This document shows positions 9,865 to 21,247 of a DNA stretch of 42,338 bases, in pieces. The notes beneath the pieces were generated by a model. It saw only the letters and a list, made by a program, of their open reading frames with translations. It was not told where the DNA came from and searched no databases. Within the stretch, counting starts at the first letter, position 1. Each line of letters begins with the position of its first letter. Source of the stretch: Octopus bimaculoides. Lineage: Eukaryota. The stretch covers positions 190,474,655-190,516,992 of the forward strand of contig NC_068981.1 in the NCBI RefSeq assembly GCF_001194135.2, written 5' to 3'. A program made the position numbers and the translations under genes.

Positions 9865-10799
9865 TATGTATATTCACACACGCACGCACACACTCACATA
9901 CATGCATGCACACATACACACACACACATACACACACATATGTACACATGTGTATGTATATGTACACATATAACACCAGAAATATATGTTTGTGCATCTA
10001 GTTATTATTTATATGCAAGCAACATTATTTATTCATCTTCAACAGCAAAAAATCATGATGAAGCATCCTCCAGTTTGATTGGAGCAATCTAAACCAATCA
10101 CCTTTTTTTTTTTACTGTAACTGCTGATATACCAACAACAAATAAAATGATACTTAAAAATTACATGGAACAGCAAAATACGAAAAGAAATTTGCGAATG
10201 AAACGAAGCCTAAAATCTTTGCATATTAAATTCTATTTCATTGATATAGGCTTGTAAGCTATCGGAGTAGACAGGCTGGCTTGGCCTACTTTTCTACATT
10301 CCCAAAAACTACCAGCACCACCACCAGCATTACCCAGCAACCAGAAGTAAAACAGTAAAGCCACTAGTGCAAGAAATAATTCCATAGAAGTGTGATAGCA
10401 TATGTGATTGTTCATAAACACATAATCTTTTTTTTTTTAGTCTGTCACACTTGGCATCTTTATTTCGTGAAGACTTCATTTGTAAAACAAATTGTTACAT
10501 TTATGGAAGTTTGTTTAGTTTAATGCCCAATTATCTAGTGAGGAAATGGAAGGATTCCTAAGTGAGTTGGGAACTATTCTGATAACAACACAACCAATCC
10601 ATATTATTGATCTGGTTATTAATGTTCTGAAGGAAGAAAATGTTTTATTTCTTTGGCTTGGCTTCAAGAGATATTCAAGGTCAATAAGAATGCCCATAAA
10701 ACACTCATGCTAATGTCAACCTCTTTGGCAAATTCTTCAGTTAATCAATGAATCTTAGAATCTTATGACTGATACTATGCTAATAATGTCTTCAAGGGA

Positions 10800-11170
10800 A
10801 TACATGATCATCATCACCACCATCGTCATAATCATAGTCATTGTCGTTGAATTTGCTTTAACAGCCAATTCTCTACGCTTGCAAAGGTCGGACAGCATTT
10901 ATCAAGGCAGATCATCTAAGGCTGAATGCCCTCCCTTTCACAAACCAGATACGATATTCCACCACCCACCCACCCTGGCCAGACATGTTCTTTGCAGATC
11001 ATTAGAATCGTTTTACAACTATCACATGTCACACACACACTTACTCATTTCGGTTTTGGCATGGTTTCTATGGCTGGATTCCCTATTTAACTCCAACAAC
11101 TATACAGAGTGTACTGGGTGCTTTTACACAGCACTGGCACATGTGTTTTTTACATGGCACCAGCACCTAC
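10800..11170 (-). mobile_element. Degenerate RTE-LINE 3' end with (GAT)n tail
   Basis: Reverse complement carries GTGCTGGTGCCATGTAAAAAACAC and GAAAGGGAGGGCATTCAG motifs and ends in (GAT)n, as in other RTE 3' ends in the window. Confidence 0.5.
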
Positions 11171-11274
11171 GAGCCTACAAGATTAGGGATGCTCAGCTGG
11201 AGAGGGTTATGAAGTTATTAAGTCTTATGAAGCTAAATTTATAAGTTCTAAAATTGCAGAAGAATTCGTTGCTG

Positions 11275-11346
11275 GGCAGTTTAGTTTAATGGTAAAACAC
11301 TTGGCGCGTAATCACAGAGATGTGAGTTCGAGTCTCATGGCTGGCC
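11275..11346 (+). pseudogene. tRNA-like gene or pseudogene, Thr(CGT)-like anticodon, within cassette copy 1 (about 11235-11500)
   Basis: Cloverleaf: acceptor GGCAGTT/GGCTGGC (1 mismatch), D stem GTTT/AAAC, anticodon arm CTTGG-CGCGTAA-TCACAG (G at position 33, one bulge), T arm GTGAG-TTCGAGT-CTCAT. T6 Pol III terminator at 11356-11361. Confidence 0.6.
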
Positions 11347-11539
11347 AGTAGCGTATTTTTCTGCAATAAATGGATAATTTATTCTGATCACGCTATTTAT
11401 AGCATTATCACGCGTTTGAGAAATAAATTTATTTCTGTTCTTACAATACATCTCAACGCTTCTAAAAAAGAACAAACTTTGTTTGTTTACTTTCATCGTA
11501 AAGTTTTATATATATGCATATATATATATATAAGTTATA

Positions 11540-11810
11540 TATTATCTCCCCTTCTTCCTAGCTCCCCTGTGTGACCCCTCTGTCCGGCATTCGCCATGAT
11601 AGATCACTAGCCAATAAACCTTTTTCTATTTTCTCTCCCTATTTATTTCTGTATTCCTTTCTGTCAAAGAACAAAGGCTCGAACCGTTAACGACTTTCTC
11701 ACTTCCCAAGTGTTAAACTAATACATCTGTTTGTTGTTTACACACCCGTCTTCGTCTTTTGTTGTTTTTTGTTGTTTTTTTTTTGTAAATTCTCACTATA
11801 TGCATATATA
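11540..11810 (+). mobile_element. Penelope-like terminal (pLTR) fragment between (TA)n tracts
   Basis: Degenerate minimal-hammerhead-like segment CTTT-CTGTCAAAGAACAAAGGCTC-GAACCGTTAACG (11657-11692), followed by a T-rich tail ending in TATAT. (TA)n on both sides. Confidence 0.45.
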
Positions 11811-12271
11811 TATATATATATATATATATANNNNNNNNNNNNNNNNNNNNNNNNNNNNNNNNNNNNNNNNNNNNNNNNNNNNNNNNNNNNNNNNNNNNNN
11901 NNNNNNNNNNNNNNNNNNNNNNNNNNNNNNNNNNNNNNNNNNNNNNNNNNNNNNNNNNNNNNNNNNNNNNNNNNNNNNNNNNNNNNNNNNNNNNNNNNNN
12001 NNNNNNNNNNNNNNNNNNNNNNNNNNNNNNNNNNNNNNNNNNNNNNNNNNNNNNNNNNNNNNNNNNNNNNNNNNNNNNNNNNNNNNNNNNNNNNNNNNNN
12101 NNNNNNNNNNNNNNNNNNNNNNNNNNNNNNNNNNNNNNNNNNNNNNNNNNNNNNNNNNNNNNNNNNNNNNNNNNNNNNNNNNNNNNNNNNNNNNNNNNNN
12201 NNNNNNNNNNNNNNNNNNNNNNNNNNNNNNNNNNNNNNNNNNNNNNNNNNACACACACACACACATATACA

Positions 12272-12583
12272 TATGTTTGTTTACATATGACGTAATATAT
12301 ATGACATTTAGTGTTTCTAGATGACATTATAACTTCTAAAATTTCAGAAAAATTTGCTGGTTGGCAGTTTAGCTTAAAGAGTAGAGCAGTCCAACAGATA
12401 TTGGAGGGGTGTGAGTTCGATTCTCATGGATGGTTGGTGGCAATTTTTTCTGCTCTTAAAAGGCTTTTATTCTTTACATATACTGTTCAGTATTTACATG
12501 TGGAAAAATATATCTTTCAACTTGTTCTACAATACATTTCAACACTTCAAAAACAAACTTATGTTTGTTTACATATGATGTAA
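12272..12583 (+). mobile_element. tRNA-like cassette copy 2 with 24-bp direct terminal repeats
   Basis: TATGTTTGTTTACATATGACGTAA (12272-12295) and TATGTTTGTTTACATATGATGTAA (12560-12583). tRNA-like unit at 12363-12435 (D stem GCTT/GAGC, T arm GTGAG/CTCAT). T6 at 12444-12449. Confidence 0.75.
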
Positions 12584-12734
12584 CAAGTAACTATGCACTT
12601 ACATATTTATATATATATATATATCATTTTTAAATTGTTGCACTAGCTAATAATAGAGTCAATGATATCTTTGCAAATATTTTTTTCAGAATTATTTACT
12701 CCATATTGAAAGTATATATATATAAAATATCACC

Positions 12735-12950
12735 CTTTAACATCCATTGTCCATTGGACGGTTTGACTAGACTGGCAAATTGAAAGGCTGTGCCAGGCTC
12801 CAGTATGATTTGGCATGGTTTCCTACAGCTGGACGCCCTTCCTCACGCCAACCACTCCAAGAGTTTAATGGGCACTTTTACATGCCACCAGCACAGGTGC
12901 CATTTGTGTGACACCGGTATCTGCCATGACAATGATTTTGCTCCGCTTGA
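12735..12950 (-). mobile_element. RTE-LINE 3' end fragment
   Basis: Reverse complement: GTGGTTGGCGTGAGGAAGGGCGTCCAGCTGTAGGAAACCATGCC...GGAGCCTGGCACAGCC...GTCAAACCGTCCAA. Confidence 0.75.
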
Positions 12951-12957
12951 TTATACA

Positions 12958-13021
<64 letters not shown>

Positions 13022-13099
13022 AAACTTACTTGGAAAAGGATGCGTGGCGTTCGATCATATAATAATATAAATAATATGCATACATCCATACATATATGT

Positions 13100-13645
13100 A
13101 CATACCTACATCTATATGTATACATGCATGCATATATGGGTACAGGACATAAAAAAACGTTAAACACAATGAGAAACGAAAACATAGAAAACGAACTTTT
13201 TTCAAACAACTCTCTCCTTCTCTTTTTCTTCATCCTATCTGTTCTTCTCTCCCTTTCACTGTTCCCTCTCTCTCTCTCACTCTTCCTCCTTGACTCTCTC
13301 GTTGCTGACACGTGATGAAAGGGGATTGTTCTTATCTGTCCACTTCCTTCCTAAAGAAAAGACATGCCTTTCCTGTCTCCTCGTCTACCTAGTGTTCATA
13401 ATAATGTTTCTATCGTCTTGGCTCAACAGCTCTCACCGTTTGTTTTTACTATCTTGTTCTCACTGTCCTATTCTTGTTAACACTTTCACCCTCGGCAAAA
13501 AATCCCAAATTTTATTTAATTTGTTTTGCGGGAAGGACTGTTTCAACAAAGTCGTGTGTTGTCCTTGCCTTCGAGATGTGGAGTAGATGGAACAGGGACA
13601 ACTGACGAAGGGGTATACTCTTTATGTTGCATGTCTCGTTTCTCG
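13100..13645. mobile_element. Probable Penelope-like terminal region, possibly with an inverted tail
   Basis: Next to (TA)n. Degenerate hammerhead-like GAAAC-A-GTC motif on the minus strand (13532-13572) and a CTGACGA motif near 13603. The 13100-13208 segment resembles the reverse complement of a T-rich PLE tail recalled from memory. The N gap hides the other end. Confidence 0.35.
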
Positions 13646-13722
13646 NNNNNNNNNNNNNNNNNNNNNNNNNNNNNNNNNNNNNNNNNNNNNNNNNNNNNNN
13701 NNNNNNNGGGGGGGGGGGTTGT

Positions 13723-14596
13723 TAAGGTGTGGTAAATAAACAGTCATCTAAATTACGCAAAAATGAAAATAATGCTGATATCTCATTTTAACAGATATAT
13801 TTACCAAAATTACATAAAAATATCTTGAAATACTAAAGAGTAAATTTATTCAATAAAATCGCCATTGGCTTCAACCATGGCCTCCAGACGACTTCAGAAT
13901 CTCCTGTAACCCTTCTGGACTGTCTCCTTGTTTAAGTTGGTCAATGCTGCCATAATCCTTGCCTTCAGTTAATCTTTGGTATTACAAGGAGTTTTGTTGG
14001 TCCCTTGCTCAAATGCAATCCATACATAATAATCAAGGAGGGTGCAGCCTGGAGAGTTAGGTGGCCAGATGTTAGGGGAGATGTGGTCACAGATATTGTC
14101 TGACCGCCAGTGTAGCTTTGTGCAGAGTCCTGTTGGCAGACAAAGGGTCTTCTAGCAGCCACCTGCTTGACCCATGGCAGCACTACCTCCTCCAGGCACT
14201 TAATGTTTGGCCTCCATGTTGAATCTGAGGCTGTGTGGGAAGATGAATGGGGGCATAACATTGCCATCACTAGTGATCACTCCAAACATCATGATGTTGA
14301 CAGGATGTTTGATTTTTATCACTCTCAGTACATATCCTCAGATTGCACTGTCCTCAGATTGATACCCAAACGCTCTGAAATGTTCGTATTGAAGTTTCTG
14401 GTGTGAATGCCAAGCAGTACAGCATGTCAATTCCAAATTTCTGGCACAGTGAATTGCGTCATGGTGTTGTTTTTCTCACAGGCAGTGCCCAACTGACCCT
14501 ACTATGCTGTGTAGTCAACAAAATCGAAAACAAACAAAGCGCATGTGCGAAATTAAAGATATAAAATGGCGACAATTTACCCAGCACACCCTTATA
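13723..14596 (-). mobile_element. Non-autonomous Tc1/mariner-superfamily transposon (mariner/maT-like catalytic C-terminus), internally deleted
   Basis: Minus translation: IKHPVNIMMFGVITSDGNVMPPFIFPHSLRFNMEA/KCLEEVVLPWVKQVAARRPFVCQQDSAQ/SDNICDHISPNIWPPNSPGCTLLDYYVWIAFEQGTNKTPCNTKD*LKARIMAALTNLNKETVQKGYRRF*SRLEAMVEANGDFIE*. Ends resemble TA|AGGGTGTG..GGTAAAT. Confidence 0.9.
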
Positions 14597-14769
14597 CGCG
14601 CGCGCGCGCGCATAGACAGACGCACGCACACACACACACACACACACACGACAGGAGTAAATAGACACCCCATAAAGCATCGTTATTTTATGCTTATTCT
14701 ATAACATGTAAAGATTTATATTTTTTATTAATTGACATTTTTATGTTTCAGGTTCTATATGTGACTGTT

Positions 14770-14940
14770 TAATCCTGCCATGTACAAAAGAAGCCTTGGA
14801 ACTGTGAATTTTAAAGAGGATGTATTGTGGGTCATTCTGAAGGTGGACATAGTCAGTGTAAAATCACAGAAAACTTTGGGATCCCGCTTTCTACTGTTAA
14901 TAGAATGATTGTGTAATTCACCAGAGAGAAGAACCTGGTC
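14770..14940 (+). mobile_element. Tc1-like transposase N-terminal HTH remnant
   Basis: [44 protein letters not shown] resembles Tc1 MPRxKELS...G.S...IA..LGIP.STV..II. Confidence 0.45.
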
Positions 14941-15134
14941 ACTGATCTGCATTCAACTTCCTCCATTATAACACCTGAGTTCACTTCAACATCCATAAAA
15001 TACAAGTGAATACTAGTGGAAAGTTACAATTTACAATGAGACATGTAGAAATATGTATGATTATGCCTGTACTAGTTTTGGTTTCTGCAATAACTGGAAG
15101 TGGATCAGGGGAAATCTTCAATGAACATCTCTCA

Positions 15135-15300
15135 AATATATTCTGAGTTCAAATTCTGTCGAGGTTGACTTTGCCTTTCATCCTTTCAGAGTCGATAAAA
15201 TAAGTACTAGTTATGCACTGGGGTCGTTATAATCGACTAGTCCCCTTCCCCAAAAATTCTCAAGGCCTTGTGCTTTGAGTGGAAATAACTATTATTTCTT
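15135..15300 (+). mobile_element. SINE family C fragment
   Basis: GAGTTCAAATTCTGTCGAGGTTGACTTTGCCTTTCATCCTTTCAGAGTCGATAAAATAAGTAC...CTGGGGTCG. Confidence 0.8.
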
Positions 15301-16250
15301 GAATTGAAATGTGATGAAATGATTGTGGGATAATTTCTAAGTTCCACAAAAAAATCAATTTTTGAAAAATTAGATTTTTAATCTTGGAAAATATAAATTC
15401 TTTGTAAAATTATAATTGCAAAAATGAGAAAATAAGCTAAATTCAAGAATAATGTCATGGAAATAATTTCAACTTGACTCTAGATTTTGTTAGTAAAAAA
15501 AAAATTCAAAAGATTTCTACAAATTAAATTAGGATGATAATGTCTAGGAGGCCATAAAGGGTGATTCCAAATATATTACAGGAATTATTCTGAAATGATT
15601 CTTTCTTGAACATTAAGTTATAACTGACCATAACTGAGAATCTTGACAATTTCATGAGGTTATAACTAAAATTATTCATCCATCAGTTATATTTAATTTC
15701 AAATGACTTAATTCATTATTTAGTGAATGTAATAATGATGATGATGGTGGTGGCGATGGTGGTGGTGGTGGTGGATTTGGTGGTGGTCGTGGTGGTGGTG
15801 GTGGTAGTGGTGGTGGTGGATTTGGTGGTGAAGTAACTAATTTACACTAACATACAGTGTATATACATATGAAAACAAAACGATGCAGTGATATACATGC
15901 ATCTATGTGTGTGTGTGTGTGTGTATGCATGTATTTATGTGTACATGCATGAAGTAAAGTATATACTTACATATGTGTGTGTTTGTGAGTATGTATGTAT
16001 ATATATATATATATNNNNNNNNNNNNNNNNNNNNNNNNNNNNNNNNNNNNNNNNNNNNNNNNNNNNNNNNNNNNNNNNNNNNNNNNNNNNNNNNNNNNNN
16101 NNNNNNNNNNNNNNNNNNNNNNNNNNNNNNNNNNNNNNNNNNNNNNNNNNNNNNNNNNNNNNNNNNNNNNNNNNNNNNNNNNNNNNNNNNNNNNNNNNNN
16201 NNNNNNNNNNNNNNNNNNNNNNNNNNNNNNNNNNNNNNNNNNNNNNNNNN

Positions 16251-16490
16251 CTTGTGCGGGTGGCACATAAAAGACACCATTTCGAGCGTGGCCGTTTTCG
16301 TGCGGGTGACACGTAAAAGCACCCACTACACTCTCTGAGTGGGTGGCGTTAGGAAGGGCATCCAGCTGTAGAAATTCTGCCAAATTAGACTGGAGCCTGG
16401 TGTTGCCATCCGGTTTCACCAGTCCTCAGTCAAATCGTCCAACCCATGCTAGCATGGAAAGCGGACGTTAAACGATGATGATGATGATGA
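16251..16490 (+). mobile_element. RTE-LINE 3' end with (GAT)n tail
   Basis: GTGGCGTTAGGAAGGGCATCCAGCTGTAGAAA...CCAACCCATGCTAGCATGGAAAGCGGACGTTAAACGATGATGAT. Confidence 0.85.
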
Positions 16491-16800
16491 TTATGTCATA
16501 TGTAAAAAAACAACTTTGTTTTTGAAGTGTTGAAATGTATTGTAGAACAAGTAGAAAGATATATTTTTCAACACGTAAATACTGAACAGTATATATAAAG
16601 GATAAAAGCCTTTTAAGAGCAGAAAAAATTGCCACCAACCATCCATGAGGATCGAACTCACACCCCTCCAATATCTGTTGGAGTGCTCTACTCTTTAAGC
16701 TAAACTGCCAACCAACAAATTCTTCTACAATTTTAGAAGTTATAATGTCATCCAGAAACACTAAATGTCATATATATTACGTCATATGTAAACAAACATA
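16491..16800 (-). mobile_element. tRNA-like cassette copy 3 (inverted relative to copy 2)
   Basis: Near-identical reverse complement of 12272-12583. tRNA-like unit at 16637-16709 with arm CTCCAA-CAGATA-TTGGAG. Terminal repeat at 16777-16800 is exact, and the one at 16491-16514 is degenerate. Confidence 0.75.
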
Positions 16801-16802
16801 TA

Positions 16803-16848
<46 letters not shown>

Positions 16849-16851
16849 TAT

Positions 16852-17010
16852 GGTGGCACTTCACTGGCTGTGACGACGAGGGTTTCAGTTAATCTGATCA
16901 ACGGAACAGCCTGCTCGTGAAATTAACGTGCAAGTGGCTGAGCACTCCACAGACATGTGTACCCTTAACGTAGTTCTCGGAGAGATTCAACATGACACAG
17001 AGTGTGACAA
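16852..17010 (-). mobile_element. SINE family B 3' fragment
   Basis: GGCACT..CTGGCTGTGACGACGAGGGTTTCAGTTAATCTGATCAACGGAACAGCCTGCTCGTGAAATTAACGTGCAAGTGG matches the 3' part of 24596-24967. Confidence 0.85.
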
Positions 17011-17643
17011 TCCTTAACTTTTCCTGCCACCCACAAAAACACAACATATTCTTCAGTGATTGCCTATAATCAAAGTCCCTCTAAACTGAAAACTGTGAGT
17101 AGAGTCCCAACAATAAAACCATTTTTGTTTTATTGCTGACATGATGAGAATTTATAAACTTGCAAAAGAACATGAAGTAACTCTTCTTTGGAAAGGTGGT
17201 TCTTAATGGAATGTAGAGGGCTCTGAATAAAAGTAGTGCCTTTGGTGTCTGATAGATGCACCTGGCTAGAACTGGTCAGATGGACAGGTGGACAGTGTTT
17301 GTCTCTCTAATACTTCCCAATGACAATAATCATCCACAATCTAGTATCCACCACTGAGGCAATAGTTAATCAAAATAACTATCTATGTATCATACTTAAT
17401 GTATATACACTGTTGCTAGGCCATTTACTTATCCAGAGATAACATCTCCCATTGACTTGCTGCATGAAGAACAATAAATATTTGAGAGAAACAAAAGTTC
17501 ATTCCACCAGCAACCAGCTACTTTTGGGGCTTTCTCAATGGCTCATGCTCGCAGCCAACCTTATGCTCAGTCACATGCTAGCCTATCGACAGAGTGCATA
17601 CATTAAATTCAAGACATATAAGGTTATATCATCCACAATATTT

Positions 17644-17775
17644 CCATTCTCAGGTTATCTTATGGCATTGGATTACCATTCTCAGATTATCTTTCACCAT
17701 TGGATTACCATTCTCAGATTATCTTTTACCATTGGATTACCATTCTCAGATTATCTTTCACCATTAAATTACCAT
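17644..17775. repeat. 32-bp tandem repeat, about 4 units
   Basis: Unit ATTGGATTACCATTCTCAGATTATCTTTCACC starts at 17667, 17699, 17731 and (partial) 17763, with a partial unit upstream. Confidence 0.9.
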
Positions 17776-18811
17776 CTTGGATTGTGATCTTCTACATTTG
17801 CTTTGTTTTTATTTGTGTTTCTACTTGTTATCACAGATTACACAAAAATCCAGCACAAACACGACAAGGTATTTGACCAATGCTTTAACAATTTGAAACT
17901 GCCATACCAAACGAGCTCATGGGGTCAATATAATCTATACCTTGTTGGCAGTGCCTTAGCATGACAGTCGGAGAAAGTTAAACCCAAACTGAATAAAAGA
18001 AAGACACACAACGACTTTCTGCAAATCAATTCCTGGTTGAGTTAAGTCAGTAAAGAATTATTGGAAATTATATTCGAATGTTTGCTCTAGAAATTATTTT
18101 TGTACATTTGCTTTCATTGTGAACTCATAATAATTTCTTGTGAGTATATAATTTTAGTTTCTTCATGACTGAGATATCTAGCATCAATGATAAAGCATTA
18201 GGCTATTTTCATTACATCTACATTTGTGCCTACCTCTCTCTCTCTCTCTCTTCCGCATCCACTCCTGCAATGTACCCAACAGCATGTCATTTCTCTCTCT
18301 CTCTCTATTTCTCTCTCTTGTACTCATTCTGTTTTTCTCCTTCATCCTCCTCCTGTTTACTGAATCATCATTTCTATTCTGCTGCTCGGCTCTATCAGAC
18401 ATCCCCTACTCCACTTACTTCCGGCACCTCTGTCCCACTCATTCCTACCCACCTCACACCTCCAAAGTCCAATCTGACACACCACATCACCTCACAACTT
18501 TTTCAATCATCTTCCAGCTCTTTCCTCACCCTCTCCTCTAAAATGTGAAAAACCACACAGCTTCTCTACAGCAAGAAACCTCTTCTGCTCTGGCCATTTT
18601 CCCTTGTCATTCTTAGTTCTCCCAGCATAAAGTTACCCCATCCAGTCTTCATAGTTATACAAGCTTCATGGTGACCTCACTAGTGCTGGAACTAAAAAAG
18701 GCACCTAGTACATTCTGTAAAGTGGTTGGTGTTAGGAATGGCAGCCAATCATGGACATTATGCCGAAGCAGGCTCTGGAGCACGATGCAGTCCTTGGACT
18801 CATTGGAACCT

Positions 18812-19238
18812 GTCAAGCTATCCAACCCATTTCAGTATGGAACATGGGCAGTAAATAATGAGGAGGAGGAAGATCTCTGTGTTGGGTTGGTATATGGCAC
18901 AGAGTGTCACAGTGTGCCTTACAGCATATCCCCATCCATTACAGTTCTTTGCCATCTTATCTACGTGTTCTAACCTTCCTTATTTTTCATCTACTATAAG
19001 CATCAAATGCGTTCAATAAAACAGTGGCCCACAATGTGTTTGCAGTGCCAGTACTCATACCAACATTTGGGCTGCTTGATTCAACTCTTGATGAATTCTG
19101 AGCCATTTATGTAAAAACCCCAAAAATACTAACAAGCACACATAATTTCCATATAAACAGTGATGTAGACCGCCTCTAACTAAAAAGAAAAAGGAAAACC
19201 CGAAATGACGGAATTGTCACAACAGTAATGCTTCTGAT
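18812..19238 (+). repeat. Local direct duplication, copy 1 (about 427 bp)
   Basis: Colinear and mostly identical to 21248-21671: an RTE-type tail followed by about 370 bp not seen elsewhere in the window. Confidence 0.9.
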
Positions 19239-19444
19239 CAACATGATAGCATCATAAGTCACTTCTGTCAGTTCTAAGCTGGAGCTAAATAACATTAAGC
19301 GCAGCTTTCTTTCTCATGTATCAAAGTAGAGGGACCTCAGCATGGTCACTCAATCTGCTCGAAACACAATCAAATCTGTCTCAAATCAATCACAGTTTAC
19401 AATTTTAAAGATTGGAAGAATACTTTGGACAATGTGGTCATAAA

Positions 19445-19815
19445 TCATTGTCGTGGCACTCTGTCAGTTACGACGACAACCGTTCCAGTTGATCTGATCA
19501 ATGGAACAGCCTGCTCATGAAATTAATGTGCAAGTGGCTGAGCACTCCACAGACACATGTACACTTAATGTAGTTCTCGGAGAGATTCAGCAAGACACAG
19601 TGTGACAAGGCTGGCCCCTTTGAATTACAGGTACAACAGAAACAGGAAGAAAGAGTGAGAGAAAGTTGTGGTGAAGGAGTACAGCAGGGTTTGCCACCAC
19701 CCCTTGCCAGAGCCTCATGGAGCTTTAAGTATTTTTGCTCAATAAACACTCATAATGTCTGGTCTGGAAAATGAAACCGCGATCCTATGACCGCAAGTCT
19801 GCTGCCCTAATGATG
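19445..19815 (-). mobile_element. SINE family B, near full length
   Basis: Same layout as 24596-24967, including the head ...GCGGTCATAGGATCGCGGTTTC. Confidence 0.85.
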
Positions 19816-21247
19816 GAGCCATTGTGCCTCCACAATCCTAAATACACAATGATTAATAAACAAGAAAAGAAAGGAGAGTCATGGCTGGAATGTCTTTTCA
19901 TCATGGATTGGATGAGGTCTTATCTAGACAACAACAGCATGAAACTAAATAATTACACCAAACAATGTCTTGTGGGTGCAATTGGGAGTGTGTTTGTGTG
20001 TGTGGCTGAGTACTCCATCAACACATGTATGCTTAATGAAATTCTCAGGCAGAATCAATATGACACAATGTGTGACAAAGCTGTACCATTGAATTGCAAA
20101 TGCAATCCAGCTGGAGGGATTCTACACAGTTTCCATGTGCACAATTTCATTCCATACAGTATGAGTTAAAATAACGCTAAAAAGAAAAAAAAAACATTTA
20201 GACCAAGATACCACAGAAGGGGATTGAACTCAAGACCTCATACTTGCAAAGCAAACTTCTTAACCATTCAGCCAAGCAGACATGAGCATGCAGTCCTTCA
20301 CTTACTCGCATGTTCCTCGTGTGTACATAACATTTACACTCAAACTCAACCTTACTTTGTGAACTTAACACACAGATACATTGGAAAAAATGTGCAACGC
20401 TTAAAAGATTAAACTAACAAAAATTTCAATAAGAATCTTACAGCGATTTAGTGCAAAACTTGAAATCAGTTATCTGTAAAATCTTCTAAGAGAGAAAGAG
20501 AGGAAATGGTAATTTGTCTTTGTAGAAGTAAAAATAGATTTAATCTCCTCAAAAGATTTTTATTTTGCAATTTACTTGTTAGTTGTTTTAATAAGGGAGA
20601 ACAAAGGAATAGTCAGGGTTAAAATTAGCTAAGTGAGAATTTTGAAGCAAAATTAATTTTAATTCGGAACAACAATGGTAAATGTAAACTTGTAGACAAA
20701 AGTAGAAAAATCACATTCTTTTGATCTGTATAAAGATCAGTCATAAGTTTTATGACTAGTCATTACTTACAGCAAAATTTCAACTTTCCGATTACTATTT
20801 TTATTATATTTGTCTTACTGCGTCAAAAGCTGAAGAAATACATACGTACATACATATATATACATACAAACACACACACATGCGCATGCATGTGTGTGTG
20901 TAAAAGACAACTATTGGATCTTAGAATAGATTTTAAAGATCATAGATATTTTAACTGGAGTAAAATTATTTTATGAGAAAAGCTCATGTGTTTTCATATG
21001 TTAATTGAGATCGTTACACAATTCAAAGTCATTTTGGGTAAATTATCTTTTAAAATAAGTATCTTGAAAATTCCAACTTCTGTTTGTTAAAGGTACACAA
21101 TACATCTTTGATATGTTCTGATTCTCTTCAGCAAAAAGATTCCAAAGAATTTGGTTAAGAAGTTCTCTTTCCGATGATGTGGTTTAGGGTTCAGCACCAC
21201 TAAGGGATAATTGAGTGTCTTCTGTTATAAGTTCCAGACCAACCAAA

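Noticed and set aside
10519-10710. Open plus-strand frame FNAQLSSEEMEGFLSELGTILITTQPIHIIDLVINVLKEENVLFLWLG as exon 2 of the rightward gene
   Set aside because: The antisense frame is open too, the protein is not recognised, and the splice sites are ambiguous.
11275-16709. Calling the tRNA-like units functional tRNA genes
   Set aside because: Copy 1 has G33 and a bulged anticodon stem. Copies 2 and 3 have poor acceptor pairing and a 6- or 8-nt anticodon loop. They are kept as tRNA-like only.
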